Shown one piece after another: positions 1 through 9,091 of a stretch of 11,037 nucleotides of DNA. The notes beneath the pieces were generated by a model. It was not told the DNA's origin. It did no database searches and was given only the letters and a program-made list of their open reading frames with translations. Within the stretch, counting starts at the first letter, position 1. Every line of letters starts with the position of its first letter. Position numbers and translations under genes: made by a program. Origin of the DNA: an uncultured Chloroflexia bacterium (GTDB lineage Bacteria; Chloroflexota; Limnocylindria; Limnocylindrales; CSP1-4); NCBI GenBank assembly GCA_963752475.1, contig CAVVYR010000030.1, positions 1 through 11,037 of the forward strand. The letters run 5' to 3'.

Positions 1-113
1 TCGAGAGGGTCGAGCGCGGCATCTACGGTCTCTCGCCCAAGGGCCAGGTAGCGCTGGATACCTATGCCGATGTGCTCGTCAGCCTGGAGGCGGCGGGCGG
101 CGGTTCCGGGTAG
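1..113 (+). CDS. 3' end of a DUF2161-family (putative PD-(D/E)XK-type phosphodiesterase) gene, truncated by the window edge
   Basis: Frame from position 3 reads ERVERGIYGLSPKGQVALDTYADVLVSLEAAGGGSG*, with TAG at 111-113. (F)ERVERGIYxLxxxG resembles the C-terminal motif I recall for DUF2161 proteins. Only about 36 codons are visible. Confidence 0.6.
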   Translation, partial: ERVERGIYGLSPKGQVALDTYADVLVSLEAAGGGSG

Positions 114-631
114 ATGAGCTCGGGCGTGTCGCGCTCGGTGGGGGCCTGGACGAGCTCCACGAGGCAGCCGATGTCATCGCCGTGCTCGTAGTAGGCGAAG
201 CGACCGTCGCGCGTGCGACCGAATCCATCCCCGGTCTGCACGGCCACCCAGCCCTGCCGGCCATGTGCTCCGCGGCCGCTCGAAGTCGGGCACGTAGAAG
301 TTGAAGTGGTGGAGCGATGGCACCCCGGCTCCTCGAGGTACTCGTGCCAGATGCTGGGGCCCTCGAGCGGCTGGATGACCTCCATGGTCAGCGAGCCCGA
401 CATGGCCAGCCCGTAGCGGATCTTGAAGCTGGCGCGGTTCGCCGCGGTAGGTCACACGGTCAGGCCCCGCCCCGACCGTGTAGATCCTCCACGGTCCGAT
501 GCCCAGCAGCGACCAGTACGCGCGGATCGATGCCTCGACGTCCGGCACCACCAGCCGCGAGCTGGCCGACCGGGACTCCGAACCTGGAGCCACCCGGCAG
601 CGGCGCCTCAGAGCTCTCGAGTCGCTGACAT
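62..631 (-). CDS. VOC-family protein (glyoxalase / methylmalonyl-CoA epimerase-like), frameshifted
   Basis: Stitched from three minus frames: ...PVGQLA|LVVPDVEASIRAYWSLLGIGPWRIYT...YRGEP...MSGSLTMEVIQPLEGPSIWHEYLE...LHHFNFYVPDFE...GWVAVQTGDG...FAYYE...GCLVELVQ. The QxxxVVxD, LGIGPW, ExIQPxxGxS, LHH and final EL motifs are typical of this VOC subfamily. Probable ATG at 631 with AAGGAG (650-645) upstream; an ATG at 675 is an alternative. Confidence 0.8.
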
Positions 632-685
632 CGGCCCTTCGACACTCCTTCGTCGTTGACGCCGACGACAGACATCCATTCTACT

Positions 686-698
686 GTAACGTTGTTAC
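686..698. promoter_or_regulatory. Palindromic candidate operator, copy 1 (GTAAC-GTT-GTTAC), in the divergent VOC/SDR intergenic region
   Basis: TGTAACGTTGTTACC at 685-699. The same inverted repeat recurs at 3293 and 8097. Nearby are minus-strand TAGAAT (683-678) and plus-strand TTGACG (656-661). Confidence 0.75.
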
Positions 699-734
699 CA
701 GCAGACGTCGAACCACGACTAGCCGGGGGTCGTC

Positions 735-1534
735 ATGTTCCAGGAGTCTGTTCTCGCTCGACGGGCAAGGTCGCGCTGATCACGGGCGGTTCCGGGGCCA
801 TCGGCGCAGGGCGCGGCGCCGAGGTCTTCCTCGAGCTGGGAGCGAAGGTCATCCTCGCCGGCAGGACCGAGGAGCATCTGTCCGAGCGCCCGGTCGGCGC
901 TGCCGGCCGACGCCGAGGTGATCACCGTGCTCGGCGATGCGCGCGACTCCGCCCACGTGGACGAGCTGGTCGGACGTGGCGCGAGTCGAACGGCGGCGTG
1001 GACATCCTCGTCAACAGCGTGGGCACGAACCGGCGCAAGCCCATCCTCGAGGCGACCCCGGAGGACCTGGAGTTCCTGTGGCAGGTGAACATGGCCAGCG
1101 TCTGGGCCGTGACGCAGGCGCTCGTGCCCCAGATGGTCGAGAAGGGCTACGGCAAGATCATCAACATGTGCTCGATCGGATCGCTCGTCGGCCTCGAGTA
1201 CAAGACCATGTACGCCATCACCAAGGGTGCGCTGGCCCAGCACACGCGCAGCGCCGGGCTCGAGCTCGCGCAGTACGGCATCCGAGTCAACGCCCTCGCA
1301 CCGGGGTATGTCGACACGCCGATGACGCATGCGTGGATCCACTCGGAGCGCGAGGCCGAGTACCTGGCCAAGATCCCCCTGGGCAAGTACGCCGAGGTGT
1401 CGGACCTCCAGGGTGCCTTCGCCTTCCTGGCCTCACGAGCCTCCGACCACATCACCGGGCAGATCCTGGTGATCGACGGTGGCGAGACCGATCTGGTGAA
1501 CGAGCTGCCGCACGCGCAGCGACCGGAGAGATGA
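735..1534 (+). CDS. Classical SDR oxidoreductase (gluconate 5-dehydrogenase / KduD-like), frameshifted at the 5' end
   Basis: ATG at 735 after GGGGG. Reconstructed LFSLDGKVALITGGSGAIG, VDILVNSVG, GKIINMCS, catalytic YAITK, IRVNALAPGYVDTPMT and ITGQILVIDGG. The true end may be GGETIW* with TGA at 1497-1499 if there is one extra base near 1490; the ORF as given stops at 1534. Confidence 0.88.
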
Positions 1535-1535
1535 C

Positions 1536-2193
1536 ATGACACAGTAGCCGCGGAGATCCACCCTCGCCGCGATGCTCGCGGACCGGCGTCGTCGCCGTGG
1601 TCCGGGTCGATGACCCGACCGGCCTCATCGCCCTCGCGGACGCCCTGCGCAGCGGCGGGGTGATGCACACCGAGATCACCATGACCGTGCCCGGTGCCAT
1701 CGGCGCCATCGAGGCCACGGTGCGCGAGCTGGGCGATGAGGTCTTCATCGGGGCCGGGACCGTGCTCGACGCCACGACCGCCCGGCTGGCCATCAGCGCC
1801 GGCGCCTCGTTCATCGTCGCGCCCAACCTCGACCTCGAGGTCGTCGCCATGGCCCATCGCTACGGCGTGATGGTCATCCCCGGCTGCCTCACGCCCACCG
1901 AGATCGCCGCGGCCTGGTCGGCCGGAGCGGACATCGTGAAGCTGTTCCCGGGCCGGGTGGCCACGCCCGGCTACTTCGCCGACCTGCGCGGGCCGTTCCC
2001 GCAGGTGCAAGCTCATGCCCACGGGCAACGTCGACCTCGAGACGCGCCCGAGTACATCAAGGCCGGCGCGGTCGCGGTCGGCGTGGGCAAGGCCTTGGTC
2101 GACCCGGACGCGTTGCGTGAGGACGCGTGGGCGGACATCACCGAGAACGCTCGCAGCTTCCGGGCGATCGTCGACGAGGCTCGGGAGGCCTGA
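1536..2193 (+). CDS. eda: KDPG/KHG aldolase (2-dehydro-3-deoxy-phosphogluconate / 4-hydroxy-2-oxoglutarate aldolase), frameshifted
   Basis: GVVAVVR, EITMTVPGA, IGAGTVLD, FIVAPNLD, PGCLTPTEI, Schiff-base Lys in VKLFP, MPTGNV (in a shifted frame) and GAVAVGVG. GGAG at 1525-1528 precedes ATG 1536. TGA at 2191-2193. Confidence 0.9.
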
Positions 2194-2195
2194 CC

Positions 2196-3238
2196 ATGAA
2201 CCCCGCACCACATCGCGTCATCGCCTTCGGGGAGCTGCTGATGCGGCTCGAGCCGCGCGGCCACCAGCGCATCGTCCAGGCCGAGCGAGTTCGAGGTCGG
2301 CTACACCGGAGGGAGGCCAACGCGGCCGCACTCCTGGCCTGCGCTGGGCGTGGACTGCGGCCTGTGTCTCCAAGGTGCCCGCGACACGAGGTCGGCCAGG
2401 CGTGCGTCGACTACCTGCGGCGCTTCGGCATCGACACCACGCACATCGCCCGAGGCGGAGAGCGGCTCGGCCTGTTCTACCTCGAGACCGGCGCCTCGCA
2501 GCGCGCGTCGAAGGTCATCTACGACCGGGACCACACCTCACTGCGCGGCGCCGGGCCTGACGACTTCGATTGGGAGGCCATCCTCGAAGGTGCCGACTGG
2601 CTGCACTTCTCGGGCACCGCCCCCGCGTCGGGGCCGGCCATCGTGGACGTCCTCGAGCGGGGCTCGCGCTGGCCAAGGACCGAGGTGTCCGCGTCAGCTG
2701 CGACCTCAACTACCGGCGCAAGCTGTGGAGCCCGGCAGAGGCCGGCGAGGCGATGACCCGCCTGATGCCGTTCGTCGACGTGCTCATCGGCAACGAGGAG
2801 GACGCGACGACGGTCTTCGGCATCTCGGCCGAGGGCATCGACGTGGTCGGCGGCGAGCTCGATGTCGAGTCGTACCGCAAGGTCGCCGAACAGCTGATGG
2901 ACAGGTTCGGGCTCGAGGCGGTGGCGACGACCCTGCGCACCAGCATCTCGGCGTCGGTCAACTCGCTGGGCCGGACTCGCTCTACGACGGCACCGGCCAG
3001 TACCTCAGCCGCACCTACCAGATCGACCCCATCGTCGATCGCGTCGGCGGCGGCGATGCCTTCTCCGGAGGGCTCATCTACGGCATGCTGGAGGGCCTCG
3101 GACCCGCAGATCTGCGTGGAGTTCGCGGTGGCGGCATCGTGCCTGAAGCACTCCATCCCCGGTGACCTCGCCTACCTCTCCCGGGCCGAGATCGAGGCAC
3201 TCGTGGGCGGCGACGCCTCGGGACGGGTCCAGCGTTGA
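2196..3238 (+). CDS. kdgK: PfkB-family sugar kinase, 2-keto-3-deoxygluconate kinase type, frameshifted
   Basis: ATG 2196. FGELLMRL, (GG)[53 protein letters not shown], the PfkB signature [21 protein letters not shown] and C-terminal GDASGRVQR*. These are characteristic of the KDG-kinase subfamily. Confidence 0.9.
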
Positions 3239-3280
3239 GCGGGCCGGACGCCCCGCGGACTGGTGCGAGCCGACACCGAC

Positions 3281-3308
3281 TTGTCCCTCTGTGTAACGCT
3301 GTTACCGT
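3281..3308 (+). promoter_or_regulatory. Putative sigma70-type promoter overlapped by operator copy 2 (GTAAC-GCT-GTTAC, 3293-3305)
   Basis: TTGTCC (3281-3286), a 16-nt spacer, then TACCGT (3303-3308) with an extended TGn. The palindrome covers the spacer and -10. GGAGG (3334-3338) and ATG 3343 follow. Confidence 0.7.
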
Positions 3309-3342
3309 AGTCCTGGCAGGCTCGGGTCACGCGGGAGGTGAC

Positions 3343-4230
3343 ATGGCTACCCTACTGGGCCACACGCTCGGGACTCCTGGATCTGACGCCGATCGAGGCT
3401 CTGGACCTGTTCGCAGCGTCCGGGCTCGACGGTGGCGAGCTGATCTGGCTGGACGACTACCGCGGCGCCATCCCCGAGAGCGACGACGGCACGGTCGCCT
3501 CGCGCGGTCAAGGCGCACGCCGACCGGCTGGGCCTGAGCATCGGCTGCCTGACGCCCTACGTGACCGAACTCAACAGCCTCGACGATGACGCTCCGGCGG
3601 ACGCGAGATCGAGCGCCTCGAGCGGGCCATCCGTACGGCCCGGTCGCTTGACTGCTCCGCGCATCCGTGTCTACGGGGGAAGCTGCTCGGAGACGAGCCC
3701 GAAGCGGACGTCGCCGCGACTCCATGACCGACTCGTCGACTCGCTCGCGGCAGCTGGGACCGATGGCCGTGGACCACGGGGTCATCCTCTGCGTCGAGAA
3801 CCACTTCGGCACGGTGACGGTCTCGGCCGCCGACACCGTGGCGATCGTCGAGGAGGTGGACTCGCCGGGCGTGGGCATCCTCTACGACCAGGCCAACCTC
3901 ACGTTCACGCACCGCGAGGACTACCCCGAAGCCATCCGGCTCCAGGCCCCCTGGATCAGGCACGTGCACGTCAAGGACCTCGAGTTCATCCACCCCGACA
4001 GGTCCCTCAAGACCACCCAGGTCGCCAGCATCGACAAGTCGGAGCGGTCCACGCCTCGCGCATGATCGGCGACGGCATCCTCGACTGGAAGGCCATCGTC
4101 GAGGCCCTGCGCGCCATCGGCTACGACGGCACCTACTCGCTCGAGTACGAGTACCGCTGGAACCCCGAGGACCTGCCCGAGCCGGCCGTCGGCTTCCCCG
4201 AGAGCGCACGCCGGCTGCGGGCCTGTTTGA
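3343..4230 (+). CDS. Sugar phosphate isomerase/epimerase family protein (xylose isomerase-like TIM barrel), frameshifted; 3' end approximate
   Basis: GGAGG then ATG 3343, MATLLGHTLGTP|DLTPIEALDLFAASGLDGGEL. Later IRVYGG, metal-ligand motifs LCVENH, LYDQAN, HVHVKD and YSLEYE, plus GDGILDWKAIVEALRAIGYDG. Confidence 0.85.
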
Positions 4231-4277
4231 GGACACCGGCGGACCGCCGGGGCCTCCGAGGCGAGCTCACGGCCACG

Positions 4278-5155
4278 ATGAGCCGAGGTCGCGACACGCC
4301 GGACCAGCGCACAGGGCCGTCGAGGCGAGGCGCCGGGAAGGTCGGGACCACCACCATCGGCCGCACGATGCGGAAATGCTGGAGCTGCTGGCCGGCGAGC
4401 CTCGCGGCCTTCGCGTCACCGATCTGGCCAACACGCTCGGCGCTGAACCGGGCCATCCCGCATCGCATCCTCGCGGACTCATCGAGCTCGGCTACGTCGC
4501 CCAGGACCCACGCACCGAGCGCTACCGGGTGACCTTCAAGCTGGGCAGTCTGGGCCTCCGCCAGCTCGAGACCGCGGGCACGCCGCGCTGGGCACAGGAC
4601 GAGCTCGACAGGCTGGCGGCGAAGACCCGGGAGCTGGTCCGCCTGGCCGTCGTCTCGGAGGACACGCGCTGCGTTGGGTGGCCAAGGCACAGGGCTCGGC
4701 ATCCGCGCTGACGCTCGACGGCGTCTCGGGAGCCCAGGTGGTGCTGCACGCCACCGCGAGCGGCAAGGCCTGGCTGTCGACCCTGCCCGAGGATGAGGCC
4801 GCCGGCGCTCCTCGACCGAGCGCGGCCTGGATCGCCCAGACCTCACATACCGAGACCGACCTGGCCCGGTGATGCGCGACATCGCCGCGGCCCGCGAGCG
4901 CGGCTACGCCTGGTCGAAGAGGAGATGGAGGTCGGTGTGAGCGCCATCGCGGTGCCCGATCGTCCCTCCTGAGGCCGTCGATGGCCGAGCCGTCGCGACG
5001 GTCAGCATCGCCGGGCCTGCCGCCCGCCTGGGCCACGACCGACTCGTCGAGCTACGCGCCGGCCCTGGCCGCGGTGGCCCGACGAACTCGGGGCCCAGTG
5101 GCACGCCTACGAGTACATGACCGCACTGTCCGGAACCAGTCGCCCCGAGCAGTGA
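4278..5155 (+). CDS. IclR-family transcriptional regulator, frameshifted
   Basis: Reconstructed HTH TIGRTM-MLELLAGEPRGLRVTDLANTL-LNRAIPHRIL--LIELGYVAQDPRTERYRVTFKL. Effector domain has ELVRLAV, LHATASGKAWLS, RERGYA--EEEMEVGVSAIAVPI and VATVSIAGPAARL. TGA at 5153-5155. Confidence 0.88.
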
Positions 5156-5160
5156 CCTCC

Positions 5161-5950
5161 ATGATCGAATGGGAGGAGCGCGACGGGCGGCATCGGCGTC
5201 ATCACGCTGGCGCGCCCACCGGTCAATGCGTTCGACGCGAGCATCGAAGCGGGAGCTCGTACGGCCTGCTGGGCGAGCTCGAGTGCGCGCACGGACATCC
5301 GGAGCATCGTCATCCGCAGCGGCCTGCCGCGTACCTTCTGTGCTGGCTCGGACCTGCAGGAGCTGGCGCGCGAGCATGATCGGCGCGGCGTGGCCCTGGA
5401 ACGGACGAGGTTCGAGTTCGACATGTGGCAGCGGCTCTCGAGCCTGCCGCAGCCGTCCATCGCGGCGATCGACGGCCATGCCCTTGGGAGCGGCCTCGAG
5501 CTAGCCGTGGCCTGCGACTTCCGCATCGCAGGAGCTGGCGCGACCCTCGGTCTGCCCGAGATCCGCATCGGCGGCGCACCGGGCATCCAGGTGCTGGCCC
5601 GCCTCCCGCGTGCTCGTCGGGCTCGGCATCGGCCACGCGGATGCTTCTGACTGGGTGACACCTTCACCGCAGATGAGAGCCGCGTCGGCGGGCCTGGTCC
5701 ACGAGGTCGCCCCGGACGGGAGCTGCGTTCGAGGTCGCCGAACGGTCTGGCGCAGCGGCTCGCGCGACAGCCGCGCAGCTCCGATCCGGTTCCTTAAGGC
5801 CTCCCTGTCCGCGGCGCTCGACGCGTCCGTCGAACGCGTCGCCGCGGTGGCCGAGGATGGGCGTCGAGGGACTGTTCCAGGCGCGCCGAGATGCGCGAGG
5901 GAATCGCGGCCTTCCTCGAGAAGCGCCAGCCGTCGACTTCACATCGATGA
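5161..5950 (+). CDS. Enoyl-CoA hydratase/isomerase (crotonase) family protein, frameshifted
   Basis: MIEWEERDG|IGVITLARPPVNAFD, FCAGSDLQEL, PSIAAIDGHALGSGLELAVACDFRIA, LGLPEIRIG, MLLTG, GLVHEV and AFLEKRQP. Both crotonase catalytic Glu positions (GLE, PE) are present. Confidence 0.88.
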
Positions 5951-5993
5951 GAGCCCTGAGCCCGCTCGACGGGGCGCTCAACGGTGTCGTGCA

Positions 5994-7558
5994 GTGACGC
6001 TCCAAGGTCGTGGATATCACCGAAGCCGTCGCGCGCGATCGACGACGGCCAGACGGTCGCCGTCGGCGGCAGCGGCCACCTGCTCCAGGTGCCCGACGGC
6101 GTCCTCGCGGCCTGGCGCGCTCGCTACGACGAGACGGGCTCACCGGTCGGGCTGACCGTCGTCCACACCATGGGCATCGGCGACAACGCCATCCGGGGCA
6201 TGGGGCGGCTGGCGCGGCCCGGTCTGGTGCGCCGCTTCATCGGCTCGCACTACGGCCACAACCCAGAGATCATGCGCATGATCGCCGACGACGAGGTCGA
6301 GGCGCTGGGCATCCCCGGCGGGACGCTCTCCCTCCTCTACCGGGAGATCGCCGGCCACCGACCCGGGCTCGTCACCAAGGTCGGGCTGGGGACCTTCGTG
6401 GACCCTCGAGTCGAGGGCGGGCGGCTGAACGCTGCGCACCAGCGGCTCGATCGCCGAGGTGATCGAGCTGGCCGGTCGAGGAGTGGCTGTTCTACCAGGC
6501 TTCCCCATCGATGTCGGGCTCATCCGTGCGACCACCGCCGACACCGACGGCAACCTGACCATGGAGGACGAGGCCGGCTTCGCCGACAACCTGGCGCTGG
6601 CCTCGGCCGTGCACAACTCCGGCGGGCTCGTCATCGCCGAGGTCAAGCGGCTGGCCGAGGCGGGTCGCTGCCACCCAAGTCGGTGCAGGTCCCGGGCATC
6701 CTGGTCGACGCCATCGTCGTCGACCCCGACCAGCACCAGACCGGGGCCACCGTCTACAGCCCCTACCTCGCAGGCTCACTGCGGGCGCCCGGCGCGACGA
6801 TGCCGCGACTTGACCCGGGCCCACGCAAGCTCATCGCACGGCGAGCGGCTGACGAGTTGCGCCGGGCGACGTCGTCAACCTCGGCTACGGCGTCTCCAGT
6901 GGCGTGGCCTCGGTCCTCGCCGAGGAGGGCCACTACGACGACGTCTCGTTCAGCATCGAGCAGGGCATCGTCGGTGGCGTGCCCGGGCGTCGGGCCTCGA
7001 CTCCGGGACGGCGGTGAACGCCCAGGCCTACATCGACGAAGGGTCACAGTTCGACCTCTACGACGGAGGCGCGCTCGATGTCGCCTGCGTCGCCTTCGGC
7101 GAGGTCGACGCCGTCGGCAACGTCAACGTCAGCAAGCTGGCGGGTCGGGCGGTCGGCCCAGGCGGCTTCATCAACATCACCCAGAACGCCAAGCGGGTCA
7201 TCTTCTGCGGCACGTTGACCGGTGGCGGGCTGGAGGTCGACGTCGCACGCCGACCGGATCGAGATCCGTCAGCGAGGGCCGCTACGCCAAGTTCGTCGAG
7301 CGCGTCGAGCACATCACCTTCGCCGCAGCCCAGGGCGCGGCGGCCCGAGCGCGAGGTCCTCTACGTCACCGAGCGGGCCGTGTTCCGCCTGGCCGATGGC
7401 GGCCTCGAGCTGATCGAGGTCGCGCCCGGGATGGACCTGCGAGCGCGACGTCGTGGAGCGCATGGGCTTCCGACCGTCGCTGGCGGCATCGCTCGAGCAC
7501 GATGGACCTGCGACTGCTGCGCGACGGGCCCATGGGCAGCGTCAGGCATGCTGAGTGA
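5994..7558 (+). CDS. Family I CoA-transferase, single-chain alpha/beta fusion (acyl-CoA:acetate/3-ketoacid CoA-transferase, YdiF/Pct-like), frameshifted
   Basis: IDDGQTVAVGGSG, RPGLVTKVGLGTFVDPRVEGGRLN, IRATTADTDGNLTMEDE, VQVPGILVDAIV, IARRAA, VVNLGYG, catalytic-Glu motif SIEQGIVGG, GNVNVSK, GPGGFINITQNAKRVIFCGT and LYVTERAVFRL. Probable GTG start near 5994; TGA ends at 7558. Confidence 0.9.
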
Positions 7559-7600
7559 CCCGGAGCCATGAAGCCACCGCGTCAACGAAGGAAGGCCGCG

Positions 7601-8100
7601 ATGGACCGAGGCGTCCTGCGCTACGAGGACCTGCACGTCGGGCTCGAGTTCGAGAGTCCCACGCGCACCATCACCGAGAGCGACGTGATGATGTTCGCGG
7701 GACTCACCGGCGACTACTCGGAGCTGCACACCAGCGAGGCCTTCGCCAAGCAGACGCAGTACGGCCGACGTGTCGCCCACGGACTCCTCGGGCTGTCCAT
7801 CGCCCACGGACTGATGTGGCCGCGGACCAACGCACTGCGCGACATCGCGGTGGCCCTGCTGGGCATCTCCGACTGGCGCTTCCGGGGCCCCATCTTCCTG
7901 GGCGACACCGTCCACGTGCGCTACCGGGTCGCCGAGATGCGCGACAGTCGCTCCAGGCCCGGCCAGGCCATCATGACCTTCGAGGTCGAGTTCCTCGACG
8001 AGACCGGCACGGTCTCCAGGAGGGCCGCAAGGCACTGCTGGTCTCCAAGACCCCGCTGGCCGCGGCCCGGCGCCGCCCGGCGACCGGTGGGCGTACGTAA
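7601..8100 (+). CDS. MaoC-like (hotdog-fold, R-specific) dehydratase, one frameshift near 8014
   Basis: ATG 7601 after GAAGG. YEDLHVGLEFESPTRTITESDVMMFAGLTGDYSELH (catalytic Asp and His), GRRVAHG, WRFRGPIFLGDTV and SRSRPGQAIMTFEV. It continues QEGRKALLV in another frame to TAA 8098-8100. Confidence 0.9.
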
Positions 8101-8112
8101 CAGTGTTACACT
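8097..8112 (+). promoter_or_regulatory. Operator copy 3 (GTAAC-AGT-GTTAC, 8097-8109) overlapping an extended -10 element upstream of the ABC genes
   Basis: CGTAACAGTGTTACACT, containing TGn-TACACT at 8104-8112. AGGAG (8135-8139) and ATG 8150 follow. No convincing -35. Confidence 0.7.
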
Positions 8113-8149
8113 CGGCCGACCCGATGCTGCAGCTAGGAGCTACAGGCCG

Positions 8150-8999
8150 ATGGTGACGGAGGGCACGCGGGAGGACGCTCAGGCCGCGCGTGCGCGCACG
8201 ACCGAGGAGTACGAGCGTGAACGGCGGAGGCGGAAGATCCGCCGCGTGTGGCACACCACCTTGCCCGTGCTCACGTTCACCCTGTTGCTCGTGGGTTGGT
8301 GGGCCTTCGTCGAAGACTGCCGATGTGCCCGAGTACGTCATCCCCTCGCCGCTCGATGTCTTCCCGCGACTCATCACCGACTTCGACCGCATCGTCGAGG
8401 AATTGGGGACGACCATCCAGGAGATCCTGCTGGGGTTCGCCCTGGCTATCCTCCTGGCCATCCCGCTGGGCCTGCTCCTGGCCCTGAACGAGACGGCCAA
8501 GCGCGCGCTGTATCCGGCGGTCGTCTTCGTCCAGCTCATCCCCAAGATCGCCGTTGCGCCCCTCTTCCTGGTGTGGTTCGGGTTCGGCATCGAGTCGAAG
8601 GTCCTGCTGGTCTTCCTGCTGACCTATTTCCCGTTGCTGCTGGCCAGCATGGCGGGCTTCTCCATCCTCGACGACCGGGTGCTCTACCTGACCAAGTCGA
8701 TGGGCGCGTCGACCTGGCAGACATTCCGCTACCTGCGCCTGCCCAGTGCCCTGCCGATCATCTTCTCCGGCCTGAAGACCTCGGCCACCATCGCCGCCAC
8801 GGCCGCCATCGTGGCCGAGTTCGTGGGTGCCAACAAGGGACTCGGCTACCTGCTGCTGGAAGCCACCTCGACGCTCGATACCGAACTCATCTTCGCCATC
8901 ATCCTGGTGCTCACCCTCATCGGCATCGGGCTCAACTACATCGTCGAATTCGTCGAATACATCACCACGCCCTGGACACGTTCGGCCAACGAACAGTGA
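8150..8999 (+). CDS. ABC transporter permease, NitT/TauT (SsuC/TauC-like), one frameshift near 8312
   Basis: ATG 8150 with AGGAG. LLLVGWWAFV|KTADVPEYVIPSPLDV, QLIPKIAVAPLFLVWFGFG, EAA-like loop SMGASTWQTFRYLRLPSALPIIFSGLK, and AIVAEFVGANKGLGYL. Several hydrophobic segments. Confidence 0.92.
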
Positions 9000-9091
9000 G
9001 TGGTAGACACGACCAGGAAGTCCGGAAGACCCGAAGGCTCGTCCAGGGAGAGCGTCGGAGGGGATTTCCCGGTAGCAACAAGGAGGAGAGC

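Noticed and set aside
735-3238. Assigning the block to canonical pectin/hexuronate (kduD-kduI, uxu/uxa) or sulfoglycolytic ED pathways
   Set aside because: kduI, uronate isomerase, lactonase and the expected dehydratases are not seen in the window, and the SDR's substrate cannot be determined from motifs.
3239-3256. GC hairpin after kdgK (GCGGG...CCCGC) as an intrinsic terminator
   Set aside because: The stem is short, there is no U-tract, and such hairpins are expected by chance at this GC content.
735-7558. Calling the enzymes pseudogenes or invoking programmed frameshifting
   Set aside because: Indels are numerous and scattered, with no slippery-site pattern, while active-site motifs are preserved. 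Sequencing error is the simpler explanation.
9000-9091. Possible TPP or other riboswitch before the THI5-like binding protein
   Set aside because: The gap is only about 90 nt, has no CTGAGA TPP signature and shows no convincing stem architecture. Only a short GGG-ATTT-CCC hairpin is visible.
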